A stretch of DNA of 64,000 bases from Candidatus Marinacidobacterales bacterium. GTDB lineage: Bacteria; Acidobacteriota; Vicinamibacteria; Marinacidobacterales; SMYC01. The translations under genes and the position numbers were made by a program. Every line of letters starts with the position of its first letter. Position 1 is the stretch's first letter. Shown here one piece after another: positions 49,718-59,102 of the stretch. The stretch spans positions 1,600,001 through 1,664,000 of the forward strand of contig CBDCYI010000004.1 in NCBI GenBank assembly GCA_965224085.1, read 5' to 3'. The notes below the pieces were generated by a model. It saw only the letters and a list, made by a program, of their open reading frames with translations. It was not told where the DNA came from and made no database searches.

Positions 49718-52150
49718 ATGAGCTGCGCGTCTCAGTCGACTCACAATTCAAAGGGATTCGTGCGCCTTTTTCTTTTAGCGGCCCCGTTCGCGCTTCATGC
49801 AGGCCCCAAGGTAGCGCTCGCCCAAAATGTGGACGATCCGGCGACAGTCGAGCAAGAGCGTGAGTTGGTGGAGCAGTATTGTGTCGTTTGCCACGGAGTC
49901 GACACCCAATCGGGAAATTTCTCTTGGGCCACGGTGGACGTTGCGCATCCCGAGCAGAATGCGCAGCAGGCGGAGACGATCATCCGAAAGTTGCGCGCTG
50001 GGATGATGCCTCCAGCGGGCATGCCGCGACCCGAGGCCGAAGCGCTCGAAGCCGTGGCTCTGTCGCTCGAAACACGGGTCGATCGGGCGGCCGCTTCCCG
50101 TCCTCATGCTGCCCCGCCGGCCCTTCACCGTATCAATCGTAGAGAGTACAAAAACTCGATCCGTGACTTGCTTGCGATCGAAGTAGACGTGAACGCGCTG
50201 TTGCCGCCTGATGGGCGCACGGGGAACTTCGACAATATGGCGGACGCTTTGACGGTGACGCCGGCCTTGATGCAGGCCTATATCCGGGCGGCCGACAAGA
50301 TCGCCCGTCTCGCTGTCGGCGATCCCCATGCCCCGACAGCCATGACGAAATACGATGTCCCCAAAGTCGTCAACCAGATGCGGCACGTCGACGGAACGCC
50401 CTTCGGGACGCGCGGCGGGACGTCGAACGTTCACAATTTCCCCGCCGACGGAGAGTACAGCTTCGCGGTGGAACTTCATTACTACTACACCGGGGAACTC
50501 ATCGGCTCGAACCTTCCGGAGTCGCTTCAAGGCCAGCAAATCGAGGTCTCCGTTGATGGCGAACGCGTCGCGGTCTTTACGATCGACCCGCTCCAAGAGG
50601 AATCGTCGGCCGTCATGCAGACGCCGCCCGTCGCGATCAAAGCGGGTCCCCGGCGCGTCGCGGCCGCGTTTGTCTCCACGTTCGACGGGCCGGTCGAAGA
50701 CCAGTACCGTCTCGTCGAGCAGACACTGATGGACACTAGTATCGCACTTCATGCGGGCATGACGTCGCTGCCTCACCTTCAGACGCTGACCGTGACCGGG
50801 CCTCTCAAAGTTACCGGCGTCTCCGAAACGCCCAGCCGTCAGAAGATCTTTACCTGCTATCCACAAAACTCTGACGAAGAGAATGACTGCGCGCACGAGA
50901 TCCTCGTGAATCTAGCCGCGCGTGCTTTTCGAAGGCCGGCGACGACCGAGGATCTCGAAGGGCTCATGGAGATGTATGAGCTAGGTCGTGAAGAGGGCGC
51001 GTTCGAGATCGGAATCCGCACGGCTCTTCAGGCCCTCATCGCGAAACCGGAATTCGTGTTTCGGTTCGAGCGCGTCCCGCGAGATGTGCAGACCGGAAAC
51101 ACCTATCGGGTAAGCGACATCGAGCTCGCCTCTCGCTTGTCCTATTTTCTCTGGAGCACGGCGCCCGATGAAGAGCTCATTCGAGTCGCCAGTCAGGGAA
51201 AACTTCGGGATGAGGAAGTCCTCGAACAGCAAGTGAAACGCATGCTGGCCGACACGCGCGCGGAGGCATTGTCGACCGATTTCGCTGCTCAGTGGTTGCG
51301 TCTCAAAAGTATCGAGGAAATCCATCCCGAGCCAACGATCTTCCCCGACTATACGAGGAATCTTGCGGAATCGATGAGGCGCGAGGTCGAGCTTTTATTC
51401 CATAGCATCATTCGCAAGGACGGCAACGTACTGGACTTGCTGACCGCGGACTACACCTATGTCGACCAGGTTCTCGCCAAGCACTACGGAATTCCGAACG
51501 TCTCGGGCAACCGGTTTCGACGCGTCAAGTTGAACGATCCCAACCGATATGGTTTACTGGGCAAAGGAGCAGTGTTGACCTTGACGTCATTGGCCAGGCG
51601 GACCTCGCCGGTGGCTCGCGGCAAATACGTGCTAGAGGTTCTGCTTGCGGCGCCTCCCCCAAATCCTCCGGCAGAGGTGCCGCCCTTTCCGGAAACCGTC
51701 AACAACGCGAAGATCTTGTCCGTGCGCGAGCGTATCGAGCAGCACCGGGCTAACCCGGCTTGCTCTGCGTGTCATCAGATCATGGACCCCATCGGCTTGA
51801 CGCTCGAGAACTTCGACGCTATCGGACGCTGGCGTGTCAATGACGGTGGACTTTCCATCGATCCGTCCGCCGAAATGGTCGACGGGACCAAGCTTCACGG
51901 GCCGGCGAGCCTGCGCCAGGCCCTTGTGAACCGCTCGAACGCATTGCTCGGCAGCTTTACCGAGAATCTTCTTGCCTATGGCGTCGGCCGCGTGCTCGAC
52001 TATCGTGACATGCCGACGGTACGTTCGGTTCAACGAGCGGCGGCCACGCGGGACAACCGTTTTTCGTCATTTGTTCTGGGTGTGGTGAAGAGTGCTCCGT
52101 TCCAGATGAGGACATTCCATTCGGCTTCGGACGAGGCGGACAACCAGTGA
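49718..52150 (+). CDS. DUF1592/DUF1588/DUF1587/DUF1595/DUF1585 planctomycete-type cytochrome c protein
   Basis: CVVCH, RINRREY, LASRLSYFLW, TSPVARG and CSACH motifs. Confidence 0.9.
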   Translation: MSCASQSTHNSKGFVRLFLLAAPFALHAGPKVALAQNVDDPATVEQERELVEQYCVVCHGVDTQSGNFSWATVDVAHPEQNAQQAETIIRKLRAGMMPPAGMPRPEAEALEAVALSLETRVDRAAASRPHAAPPALHRINRREYKNSIRDLLAIEVDVNALLPPDGRTGNFDNMADALTVTPALMQAYIRAADKIARLAVGDPHAPTAMTKYDVPKVVNQMRHVDGTPFGTRGGTSNVHNFPADGEYSFAVELHYYYTGELIGSNLPESLQGQQIEVSVDGERVAVFTIDPLQEESSAVMQTPPVAIKAGPRRVAAAFVSTFDGPVEDQYRLVEQTLMDTSIALHAGMTSLPHLQTLTVTGPLKVTGVSETPSRQKIFTCYPQNSDEENDCAHEILVNLAARAFRRPATTEDLEGLMEMYELGREEGAFEIGIRTALQALIAKPEFVFRFERVPRDVQTGNTYRVSDIELASRLSYFLWSTAPDEELIRVASQGKLRDEEVLEQQVKRMLADTRAEALSTDFAAQWLRLKSIEEIHPEPTIFPDYTRNLAESMRREVELLFHSIIRKDGNVLDLLTADYTYVDQVLAKHYGIPNVSGNRFRRVKLNDPNRYGLLGKGAVLTLTSLARRTSPVARGKYVLEVLLAAPPPNPPAEVPPFPETVNNAKILSVRERIEQHRANPACSACHQIMDPIGLTLENFDAIGRWRVNDGGLSIDPSAEMVDGTKLHGPASLRQALVNRSNALLGSFTENLLAYGVGRVLDYRDMPTVRSVQRAAATRDNRFSSFVLGVVKSAPFQMRTFHSASDEADNQ

Positions 52151-52193
52151 CCACGCGTATCGCGACTTGGTAAAAACCAGGAGGGCCTAACCC

Positions 52194-53567
52194 ATGTTCA
52201 TCACAAAAAAACACCTTTCGCGGCGGACGGTGTTGCACGGTATGGGAGCAACGATTGCCCTGCCCTTTATGGAATCGATGGTGCCGGCTCTGACGCCGCT
52301 GCGGAACACCGCGGCGACTCCGCGAAGTCGGTTCACGGCGATCGAGATCGTCCACGGTTCCGCTGGCAGCACGGTGTACGGGAACAAGAAGAACCTTTGG
52401 TCTCCGCGAGAGGAAGGGTCCGACTTCGAGTTCACCAAGATCCTGAAGCCGCTTCAGCCATTCCGGGAATACACGACAATCATTAGCGACACCGATTGCG
52501 CCCAGGCGGACGCCATCAACGCCGAGGAAGTTGGGGCCGACCACTTTCGCTCCAGTGCCGTTTTTCTGACCGGCACGCATGCCAAACAGACAGAAGGTTC
52601 CGACGTGGAGAACGGGACGTCTATAGACCAGATCTACGCGCAGGAGGCCGGGCAGGACACACCGCTGCCGTCGATCCAGCTGAGCATCGAGAATCTCGAC
52701 TCTTCCGGCACCTGCGGCTATCACTATAGCTGCGTTTATATGGACACGATCTCTTGGTCTTCGCCAACGACACCGCTTCCCATGACGCGAGATCCGCGCC
52801 TCGCCTTCGAGGAGCTATTCGGCTCGGGCGGCTCGCCCGAGGACCGGGCGGCCCGGCGAAGGATCAACCGGAGCATTCTCGACGGCATTACCCAAGATGT
52901 TGCTCGGCTGCGCGCCGATTTAGACCCTGTAGATCGGCGACGGCTCAACGATTACTTGGACAACATCCGGGAAATCGAGCGGCGGATTCAAAACATCGAG
53001 GAGTACAACCAGTCGCGTGGTCTCGAAAGAGAGCAGCCAACTGCTCCGGTCGGGGTCCCCGACTCTTGGGAAGAGCACGTCAAGCTCATGTACGACCTCC
53101 AGGCGCTGGCATTCGCCGCGGAAGTGACGCGCGTATCCTCTTTCAAGCTCAGTCGCGACACGAGCAACCGCGTCTTTTCCGTGAGCGGCAGCGAGACGCC
53201 GTTCCACACCGCCTCCCACCATCAGCAGAAGCCTTCGCTCATCGAGGACAACGCGTTGATCAATCGCTACCACGTGGAGATGATGACGTACTTCCTGGAC
53301 AAGCTGAAGAACACGCCCGACGGCGACGGCAACTTGCTCGACCACACCCTCGTCCTCTACGGAAGCCCGATGGGTAACGGCAATATTCATGGTCACAAGC
53401 AAGTACCGATGCTCCTCTTGGGACACGCGGCCGGAACCCTCGAAGGGAACTTGCACTTGCGCTGCCCGGACGAGACCCCACAGGCCAATATCCTGCTGAC
53501 CTCTTTGCAGAAACTCGGGATGAACGTCGAAAGCATTGGTGACAGTACGGAGCCTCTTTCTATCTAA
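52194..53567 (+). CDS. DUF1552 (HXXSHH) protein with Tat-like signal
   Basis: LSRRTVL, SIDQ and HTASHH motifs. Confidence 0.9.
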   Translation: MFITKKHLSRRTVLHGMGATIALPFMESMVPALTPLRNTAATPRSRFTAIEIVHGSAGSTVYGNKKNLWSPREEGSDFEFTKILKPLQPFREYTTIISDTDCAQADAINAEEVGADHFRSSAVFLTGTHAKQTEGSDVENGTSIDQIYAQEAGQDTPLPSIQLSIENLDSSGTCGYHYSCVYMDTISWSSPTTPLPMTRDPRLAFEELFGSGGSPEDRAARRRINRSILDGITQDVARLRADLDPVDRRRLNDYLDNIREIERRIQNIEEYNQSRGLEREQPTAPVGVPDSWEEHVKLMYDLQALAFAAEVTRVSSFKLSRDTSNRVFSVSGSETPFHTASHHQQKPSLIEDNALINRYHVEMMTYFLDKLKNTPDGDGNLLDHTLVLYGSPMGNGNIHGHKQVPMLLLGHAAGTLEGNLHLRCPDETPQANILLTSLQKLGMNVESIGDSTEPLSI

Positions 53568-53573
53568 CTCACG

Positions 53574-55217
53574 ATGGGTGATGACATGTTCGCCAAACAC
53601 ATAGTTGCTGGCTCGTGCTTGCTCCTGGTGCTCGCGCCGATCGGCGTTTTCGGCGCCACCCCGGCCAAAGTGTCGCTCGCCGACGCGGCCATGCAGGGCG
53701 ATCGAGCGACTGTTCGAGCCTTGCTCGAGCAGCGGGTGGACGTCAATGTTGCCCAAGGCGATGGGAGCACGGCGCTCCACTGGGCTGCCTATCGAAACGA
53801 TCCTGAAATGGCGCGACTGCTCGTCGAGGCGGGGGCAGACATCCGAGCCACTACCCGATTGGGCGAGCTCACCCCTTTGTTCATGGCTGCCAAGAACGGC
53901 AATGCTGCTGTGGTGGAGGTCTTGCTGAGAGCAGGCGCTGATGCGCGATCGACGAACACGAATGGCACGACGCCTCTGATGCTCGCAGCGGCTTCCGGGG
54001 ACACGGATGCGGTGAGACTCCTGCTGGATCACGACGCCGAAGTGAACGCGAAAGACGAAACGAACGGGCAGACGGCGCTCATGTTCGCTTCGGCACTCGG
54101 GCGTGTTCCGGCGGTCCGGATGCTCGCACGACAGGGCGCCGATTTGGACGCCGTCACCAAAGTGACCGAGATCATCAAGCGAGAATACCGGTACATCGAG
54201 AAGCAAAAGGACCGGAACATACGCTACGAGGGCGCAAAGAATCCTCCCGTCATGGGCGGCATGACGGCGCTCCATTTTGCCGCGCGCGAGGGGCATCTGG
54301 CGGTCGTGCGTGAGCTAGTTCAGGGAGGAGCAAACGTAAATCAGGTGAGTGCGGCGGACAATATGAGCGCGCTCACGTCCGCCATCATCAATGGCAACTT
54401 CGACAATGCCAAGCTCCTCGTTGACCACGGAGCCGATCCGAACCTTAAGAGCAAGACCGGCCTGGCCCCGCTCTATGCGACCATCGATGGAAAATGGGCA
54501 GCCCGCACGTGGTATCCGCCGCCGAGTGTTACAGAGGAGAAAACCCACTATCTGGATCTGATGCAGGCCCTCGTGAACGCCGGCGCCAACGTAGACGCAC
54601 GGCTGGCAAGAAAACCATGGTACCGGACGTTCCACGGAGACTGGATCAAGCAAGAGGGCGCCACTGCTTTTTGGCGCGCCGCGAAATCGAATGACGTCGC
54701 CGCGATGAAGCTTCTGGTCGCCGCGGGCGCGAATCCCACCATACCGACGATCCACGGATCGACACCCCTTCAGGCTGCAGCGGGATTTGGCCTCGAGCCG
54801 CAGACCAGCAATGTCGTTCCGGATGCTCGGCTCGACGCCGTGAGATATCTGGTGGAAGAGGTCGGCGCCGACGTGAACCAAGCGGACAATCAGGGCTACA
54901 CGCCGCTCCATGGTGCGGCCTTGACCGAAGACCGCGACGTGATGCTCTACCTCATCGCGACGGGCGCCGATGTCAGAGCCCGGGCCGCGATGATCTTCGG
55001 CGGCATCGGCGAAACGGACCGGGACGTCGAAGGGGCAACGGGAGATTCGGTCGCAGACATGGCAAACGGTCCGAGACCACACAACCTTCAATACCCCGAG
55101 ACCGTTGAGTTACTTATCGATCTTGGTTCAGAAGACTCGGCTCACTGCCGAGCCGCCACGTGCGTGGTCAAGGACTTCCCAGAAGAAGCCGAGAAGAAAG
55201 CGGCGAAAAAGAACTAG
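53574..55217 (+). CDS. Secreted ankyrin repeat protein
   Basis: Multiple G-T-[AP]-L-H/M repeats. Confidence 0.92.
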   Translation: MGDDMFAKHIVAGSCLLLVLAPIGVFGATPAKVSLADAAMQGDRATVRALLEQRVDVNVAQGDGSTALHWAAYRNDPEMARLLVEAGADIRATTRLGELTPLFMAAKNGNAAVVEVLLRAGADARSTNTNGTTPLMLAAASGDTDAVRLLLDHDAEVNAKDETNGQTALMFASALGRVPAVRMLARQGADLDAVTKVTEIIKREYRYIEKQKDRNIRYEGAKNPPVMGGMTALHFAAREGHLAVVRELVQGGANVNQVSAADNMSALTSAIINGNFDNAKLLVDHGADPNLKSKTGLAPLYATIDGKWAARTWYPPPSVTEEKTHYLDLMQALVNAGANVDARLARKPWYRTFHGDWIKQEGATAFWRAAKSNDVAAMKLLVAAGANPTIPTIHGSTPLQAAAGFGLEPQTSNVVPDARLDAVRYLVEEVGADVNQADNQGYTPLHGAALTEDRDVMLYLIATGADVRARAAMIFGGIGETDRDVEGATGDSVADMANGPRPHNLQYPETVELLIDLGSEDSAHCRAATCVVKDFPEEAEKKAAKKN

Positions 55218-55294
55218 TAGGTCATCACTCCTGCTGGTGAACTACCGAAGTGGCTCTGCTATCCACGAAGGCACGCTCCGAGACAAGCCTACCA

Positions 55295-56100
55295 GGTATT
55301 GTCAAGTTGACGTTGAGCGAGCGAACCTATTGCGTCGAGCTGATTTCCTTTGCTCTCATCGGACGGCACAGGTTACCTCCTGCCAGACGATGAAAGCGCG
55401 GTCTCGTAGCTCCCGATGATGATGCGCTTGCAACAAATGCCGTCCGACGCGAAAGAGGTTTTGCACGAGTCCATGCACGGTCAAGAATCGTTGCGCCTGC
55501 CCAGGAGTTTTAAACTTCCGCATCTGTCGTTCCCGTTGTCGCGTCGGTTCGTGCGAGACTTCGGCTAGGTTGTTTCTGTACTGGTCAGTGTCGTGGACGA
55601 CGGACGGCATGACCTCGCGGTGAGCGGCGCTGTAGCTTCTCAGTTTGTCGGTGACCAGCTGCCAGGGCGGACGGCCTTGCCCTTTCAACAGCTTGCGGAA
55701 GAATCGTTTGGCGGCTTTCTGATCACGGCGAGGCTGGACGAGGATATCAATCACATCACCATCTTGGTCTACCGCGCGCCAGAGGTATTGGCGTTCGCCT
55801 TGTATCTTTATGAAGACCTCGTCCAGGTGCCACGTGTCACCAAGGCGACCCTGCCGACGCTTCAGTCGCCGAGCGTATTCCGGCCCGAACTTGATGCACC
55901 AAAGTCGGATCGCTTCGTAGGAAACCGTGATGCCTCGCTGAGCAAGCAGCTCTTCGACGTTTCGAAAGCTCACGCAGAATCGGTGGTAGAGCCAGACGGC
56001 GTGGCTGATGATTTCCGGTGGAAATCGATAGCCGTGGTAGCTTGGCGCATCGGTCTTCATTGGACCATTCTGTCAGTCACCAGCTCAATTTGACAGCAAT
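55295..56100 (-). mobile_element. IS6 family insertion sequence
   Basis: IR GGTATTGTCAAGTTGA (55295-55310); partner core TCAATTTGACA (56085-56095) with a degenerate tip. Confidence 0.85.
55356..56060 (-). CDS. IS6 family transposase
   Basis: YRFPPEII, WHLDEVF, YLWRAVD, VTDKLRSY and NNLAEVSH motifs. Confidence 0.95.
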   Translation of the reverse strand: MKTDAPSYHGYRFPPEIISHAVWLYHRFCVSFRNVEELLAQRGITVSYEAIRLWCIKFGPEYARRLKRRQGRLGDTWHLDEVFIKIQGERQYLWRAVDQDGDVIDILVQPRRDQKAAKRFFRKLLKGQGRPPWQLVTDKLRSYSAAHREVMPSVVHDTDQYRNNLAEVSHEPTRQRERQMRKFKTPGQAQRFLTVHGLVQNLFRVGRHLLQAHHHRELRDRAFIVWQEVTCAVR

Positions 56101-56461
56101 GGCACCGCCCGCGTGGGCGGAGGTCATCGGAGAGTGACCGAAATCGTTCGTTCACTCGAAAGTACCCTTGAAACACAAGGCGGATCCTGCCTATTGGATT
56201 TTCATGGCGGTGATCTTCACTTTCGCGATCTTTGCGAACCACATTTTCCCGAACCCCGTTCTCATGGTGCAGCTCATTGGGCTCGTGAGCCTCGCGGTCG
56301 CCCCGCTTCTGTATGGGCTCAATTATTATTGTGTAACACGTCTCATCGAAGATCCGTCGATGAGACCGTCACACGGCTTGCGGATCTGGGGCCTCGCTGG
56401 ATTCTCCTTCATGACGGCCGCCGTAGTGTTCGCACTCGACGTGCGATGGGGACTTCTATGA
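56101..56461 (+). pseudogene. C-terminal fragment of an Nramp-like membrane transporter
   Basis: Three transmembrane segments (AYWIFM..APLLYGLNY..RPS) starting abruptly after IS6. Confidence 0.5.
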
Positions 56462-56949
56462 CCAAAAAGACTTGGACGCTCGAGCCGATCGGCTACGCGC
56501 GTACGCCGTTTAAAGAAACGTCTCAAATCTCGAAAGGGATCGGCGCCAAACATACGCGCGAGGGAACGCTCGAGCTCCTGCCTGAGATGGCAGAGGGACT
56601 CCTCGATATCGAAGAGTTTTCTCACCTCTTCGTCATTTGGGTCTTCGATCGATCCGACCACTACGATCTCATCAGTTACCCGCCGACGGACGATCGACCT
56701 CACGGTGTTTTCGCCACTCGCTCGCCGCGCCGGCCCAACCCGGTCGGCTTGACCGTCGTGCGTTTGATCGCGCGCGAGGGAAACGAGCTTCGCGTGCGCG
56801 GCGTCGACATGCTCGATGGAAGTCCCATTCTCGACATCAAACCCTATCTCTCGAGCGTGCCCGCGGAAGAGCTCGAGCGTGGCTGGATCGCGGAAGTGGA
56901 ATCGCGTTCGGGACGAGGTGAAGATCGAAAATGGTCGGATAAAACCTAA
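56458..56949 (+). CDS. trmO: tRNA m6t6A37 methyltransferase TrmO (TsaA)
   Basis: GVFATRSPRRPNPVGL and DMLDGSPILDIKPY motifs. Confidence 0.9.
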   Translation: MTKKTWTLEPIGYARTPFKETSQISKGIGAKHTREGTLELLPEMAEGLLDIEEFSHLFVIWVFDRSDHYDLISYPPTDDRPHGVFATRSPRRPNPVGLTVVRLIAREGNELRVRGVDMLDGSPILDIKPYLSSVPAEELERGWIAEVESRSGRGEDRKWSDKT

Positions 56950-56986
56950 GATGCTGGGTGCGTACTGTCACTCTTCCCGGTAGGCC

Positions 56987-57325
56987 TTTAGGAATCGATT
57001 CGTGTGAGATACACTGTACTTTGGCGGGTGTGGATGTGGTCCGCCTGACCGTTGCCTTCGAAAAGCACACCTTCTCCGCTACGATCTCGAAGGATTTGCC
57101 CCAACGCGTCTGCGCAGTTCCACACCACACCTTCCTTCGAAACTTGGTTATGATCATAAATTGGTATTTGCATTCCCATCGCACATGCGACAGGCTTTCC
57201 TATTCACGCATTTAGGCACTCTTTTCGGAGGCCCCACAGGGTCTTCCCGTATGGGGGAGCTAGCACTCCACGCCGCATCGCTCGAAGCTCTTTGGGCCAC
57301 TACGGGTTCATCGGCGGACTAAACG
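56987..57325 (-). mobile_element. Degenerate IS200/IS605 tnpA remnant with left-end sequence
   Basis: MRE*ESLSHVRWECKY from 57211, HUH motif DHIH, and PKYSVS; contains a stop and frameshifts. Confidence 0.82.
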
Positions 57326-57359
57326 GGTTGTCGAGCTTGGAACGAGACGCGAGAACAAT

Positions 57360-59102
57360 GTGACCAGCGAAACCGCGAGAACCGGGGTGCCGTCAACGAA
57401 CCGGCTACGCATGCCGATCCAAGAGCACCGCGCTCATGGGCTCGTTTCGGACGTCTCCCGCCTGAGCCATAGCTCGCCAGGGCCCAAAGCGCCCTTGGGC
57501 TGGTGGATGGGTCCCGCCTCCCAAGTGGATCGCCGAGCGGACGCTGTCAAGGAGGCCGTGCAGGACACTCAACGACCCGTGATCCTCATCTCGGATCGGG
57601 GCGCGTGCGCCCGTGTGACCGGCGGTACCGCCACTCTGGGAACGGATGTCCCCGGGCGCGACGCGCTTCCTATCGTGGGCTACTCGCCGGCCACCCCTCC
57701 TGAGCACCTCGGTGACTCGGGATTTCTTGCAGACCATGGCCTGCGCTATCCCTACATCGCCGGCGCCATGGCCAATGGGATCGGCTCGGCCGAGATCGTG
57801 GAGGCCATGGGCCGAGCTGGGATGATCGCCTTCTTCGGCGCCGCGGGCCTGCCTCTCGAGGCGGCGGAAGCCGCCATCGACCGCTTGTCGCATTCCATGG
57901 AGGGACGACCCTACGGCTTCAACCTCATCCATAGCCCCAACGAACCCGATCTCGAATCTGCCGTGGCCGAACTCTTTATACGGCGCGGCGTGCACCTCGC
58001 CTCGGCCTCGGCTTATCTGGATCTCACGCTCCCCGTGGTTCGCTATCGCGTCCACGGGATTCACGAAGATTTTCAAGGGCGCATCGTGACGCCGAACCGG
58101 CTCATCGCCAAGGTGTCTCGGATAGAGGTCGCCACAAAGTTTTTCTCCCCACCCCCAAAACGCTTCTTGAAGTCTCTCGTCGACTCCGGGAACATCACGG
58201 AGGAGCAGGCTCGCCTAGCCGCTCGCATTCCCATGGCCCAGGACATCACCGCCGAGGCGGATTCCGGCGGTCACACCGACAACCAGCCGGCCCTGACCCT
58301 CTTGCCTACACTGATAGCGTTGCGGGATGAGCTGCAGGAACAGCATGGTTACAGCGAGTCCCTCAGGGTCGGTGCCGCCGGAGGCATCTCAACGCCTATT
58401 TCAGCCGCCGCGGCCCTTTCGATGGGGGCCGCCTACATCCTCACCGGCTCGGTCAACCAGTCCTGCGTCGAGGCGGGCACGTCGGACACCGTGCGCAGGA
58501 TGCTTGCCGCCGCCGAGCAGGCCGACGTTACCATGGCGCCTGCGGCCGACATGTTCGAGATGGGTGTGAGGGTACAGGTGCTGAAGCGCGGCACGATGTT
58601 CGCCATGCGAGCCCAGAAACTCTACGACCTCTACCGAGCTTGTGAAAGCTTGGAGACGATTCCTAAAACCGAGATGGCCGCGTTGGAAAAGAGTTACTTC
58701 CAGGCCCCCGTGGAAGCGGTGTGGAGCCAGTGCCGTGACTTTTTCGCCGATCGGGATCCGGCCCAGCTGGAGCGAGCGGCGAAGGATCCGAAGCACAAGA
58801 TGGCCCTCGTCTTCCGCTGGTATCTCGGCCAATCGTCGCAATGGGCCAATGCCGGTGATACTTCCCGGGCCATCGACTACCAGATATGGTGCGGGCCCGC
58901 CATGGGGGCATTCAATGAATGGGCGAAGGGATCTTTTCTGGACGAACCGGAGAACCGTAGCGTGGTCACCGTTGCCTTGAACATCTTGCAAGGCGCCGCT
59001 TTGCTGACCCGCGTCAATGCCCTTCGCAGTCAGGGCGTCCAACCACCACGCTCGTGGAGCGAATACCGGCCGCGGCCGATGGAGGAGCTCTGTGTCCAGT
59101 AA
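57360..59102 (+). CDS. pfaD: PfaD family FMN-dependent enoyl reductase
   Basis: GAMANGIGS, EADSGGHTDN, MAPAADMFEMG and QIWCGPAMGAFN motifs; start uncertain. Confidence 0.93.
   Translation: MTSETARTGVPSTNRLRMPIQEHRAHGLVSDVSRLSHSSPGPKAPLGWWMGPASQVDRRADAVKEAVQDTQRPVILISDRGACARVTGGTATLGTDVPGRDALPIVGYSPATPPEHLGDSGFLADHGLRYPYIAGAMANGIGSAEIVEAMGRAGMIAFFGAAGLPLEAAEAAIDRLSHSMEGRPYGFNLIHSPNEPDLESAVAELFIRRGVHLASASAYLDLTLPVVRYRVHGIHEDFQGRIVTPNRLIAKVSRIEVATKFFSPPPKRFLKSLVDSGNITEEQARLAARIPMAQDITAEADSGGHTDNQPALTLLPTLIALRDELQEQHGYSESLRVGAAGGISTPISAAAALSMGAAYILTGSVNQSCVEAGTSDTVRRMLAAAEQADVTMAPAADMFEMGVRVQVLKRGTMFAMRAQKLYDLYRACESLETIPKTEMAALEKSYFQAPVEAVWSQCRDFFADRDPAQLERAAKDPKHKMALVFRWYLGQSSQWANAGDTSRAIDYQIWCGPAMGAFNEWAKGSFLDEPENRSVVTVALNILQGAALLTRVNALRSQGVQPPRSWSEYRPRPMEELCVQ

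Noticed and set aside
57215-57325. Structured RNA or riboswitch upstream of pfaD
   Set aside because: The hairpin-prone sequence is explained as the IS200/IS605 left end upstream of the tnpA remnant.
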